Assembly (NCBI RefSeq): GCF_018977255.1 | Contig: NW_024704742.1 | Coordinates: forward strand, 62,001 to 126,000 | Length of the DNA: 64,000 nt | From: Callorhinchus milii | Lineage: Eukaryota | Direction: 5' to 3' | Shown: positions 62,193 through 64,000 of the stretch, piece by piece | How the letters are laid out: each line of letters begins with the position of its first letter | Numbering within the stretch: position 1 is the first letter of the stretch | The notes under the pieces: model-generated | What the model saw: only the letters and a program-made list of their open reading frames with translations | The model's database searches: none | What the model was told of the DNA's origin: nothing | Translations under genes and position numbers: made by a program

Positions 62193-63091
62193 CAGACTGA
62201 TTGCAAAAAAGTATTTGTACTCCGCTAACTCTGAATGCCAATCCAAGATGATTACTGAATTAATTTTGAAATATCCTTGATCATTTGTGTCAAAGTCTTG
62301 AAAATAGTCAATAATTATCTACTAAAATAGTTTTGTGAAAATCACCTGAAATCTGATCCAAGATCTTGCATTTTTTATCCCATTGTTTCAAACTGTAACC
62401 AGTTTGCAAATGAAGACTAAATTTAAGATTTTTCCATAATTCTGTATGACCTTAAATTTTAAGACAAAACAGTCTTACAGGGTGAAACTTGTTGGGCCAG
62501 TTTGAAGTTAAATGTAAAAAAAAAGTCTGATGAAATGGTGACAATAGTATTTGCTCATCACGTGAACATTGGAAACTGAGTAGCCCAGGGGAAACTGGTG
62601 ATTAGCATAAGGGTTTCATTTTTAATACAAAATTTAAATTTACAGGAACTCTCCACTTGAAACTAAGACACCGCGCAAAGGTGACTGGATTCATAGAAGG
62701 CTTTTTTAGAATAAATGCTATGTAGGTATTAAGTTTCACTTCCTCAATGTAATTGAGGCAGTCAAGAAAAGAAGCCCTATTGCAAATAACCAGCAGCTCA
62801 AAGCCGGGGCTAAAATACCCATTTCAGTAAATATTAAATTTCCAACATCACAATCTGTGGGTGGGTTGAATACTGAAAAGCATGTTTCTTGGAAGTTGTG
62901 CTTTTTTGTAAGGTTACATATAATTCCACAGACTGTACAGTGTCAAAATAAGTCAAAGTCTCCCTATGCACTTCACATACATCCCTATGCAATCCTCTTC
63001 TACCTTGTGTACAGATTAGTTCAGATGGGTTGGGTAATGTTGCTCATTATTCGGTGAAAATTCCCAAATGTCACAGTGTCTGAAATGAAAG

Positions 63092-63476
63092 AATAATAAT
63101 AATCCTTGGATTTTATACAGCGCCTTATTACATCTTCAAGACGTCTCAAAGCGCTTCACAGAATATACTGTAAAGTGAATTGACTGTATATTTTGTGGGT
63201 GAAACATGACAGCCAATTGCATACAGCAGCGTCCCACAAATAGTCGTGGATTGAAGTGACCGATTTATTATTACAGTATTATATTTTTTTGAAGGAATTA
63301 TTACCCCTGAAAAAGCAATCTGCCAATCAACTAACAACTGGGTTCCTACTTACTGCTAGGTAAACAGAGGCGTGTGGAGTAAGGAAACTTGCCCAACGTT
63401 TCACCCTGCTGGGAGTCTAACCCAGGTCCTCTCGCTTGCAAGGCGAGTGCTCTAACCAGTAAGCTACAGGATCTCA
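63092..63476 (-). mobile_element. Long-form SINE, intact
   Basis: Head, central TTACTGCTAGGTAAACAGAGG segment, body and tail. Confidence 0.88.
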
Positions 63477-64000
63477 CAATAAATTCAGGCTTCGATGTGA
63501 TTATTCATCTCGGATCACACACAGCGTTTACTCATCAGCCCAGTGTGAATTTCTATTTCAGATCTCCATTAGTGCAAATGTTATTTTTGAATCTTAATGC
63601 CCAGTTTATTTCATTAGCATTTTTTGATACCTTCCCTTGTGTCATTTTCAATGTTAATACTGGCAGAGCTGATTGAATGTAGTTAATTGGTATGATTTGT
63701 TGGTGCGTGCTACGTTCTGCAGTGAAAAGGTACTCTGTGAACCACATGATAACAACTGGACTGTCGCCACACTATTGTGACAAAGTCTTGGGAGTGGGGG
63801 AGTAGCCTAGTACCTGACAAGTGCTTACATGTATCCAAACCAGATTGAGCTCCACATATATATGCATTCTACACATGGAAATTTCCCTGTGAAGGTACAT
63901 AATATTCAGGAAGATTTGGGCAGGATAGATTTTGAAGTAGATGAAAGTAATGCAATGATTGTCAGAACATGGAATAGTAAAACATAAAGGGTTGCCCATT

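Overview
Repeat-rich vertebrate genomic DNA, most likely from a cartilaginous fish. This is inferred from the chemokine sequences and the L2/CR1/Deu-SINE/Penelope repeat content. The window holds a same-strand tandem cluster of five 4-exon CXCL8 (IL-8)-like chemokine loci that the ORF track misses because they are spliced. Gene A (18503-19992, TLR-CRC) has lost its ancestral exon-2 acceptor. Gene B (27526-29086) is NLR-CNC. Genes C and D (35576-36577 and 43844-44845, SLR-CQC) have identical CDS and sit in a near-identical ~4 kb duplication. Locus E (52607-56292, YLR-CKC) is frameshifted by an inferred 16-nt deletion. Genes B-D have the 64/136/84-nt coding exon pattern of human CXCL8, and none has ELR. 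Most of the rest is decayed L2 and CR1 LINEs, tRNA-derived SINEs that share an L2 3' hairpin, Deu-domain SINEs, a hAT MITE and Penelope-like relics with decayed hammerhead motifs. The most notable observations are: a latent in-frame acceptor in genes A and B that would trim the chemokine N-terminus; copies of the gene C/D promoter and 3'UTR pasted into an L2 relic at ~41 kb; an old repeat carrying an NF-kB-like motif in four copies; candidate PU.1/IRF-C/EBP-kB enhancers flanking the cluster; and a perfect 25-bp hairpin. All calls were made by eye, without database searches, and repeat boundaries are approximate.
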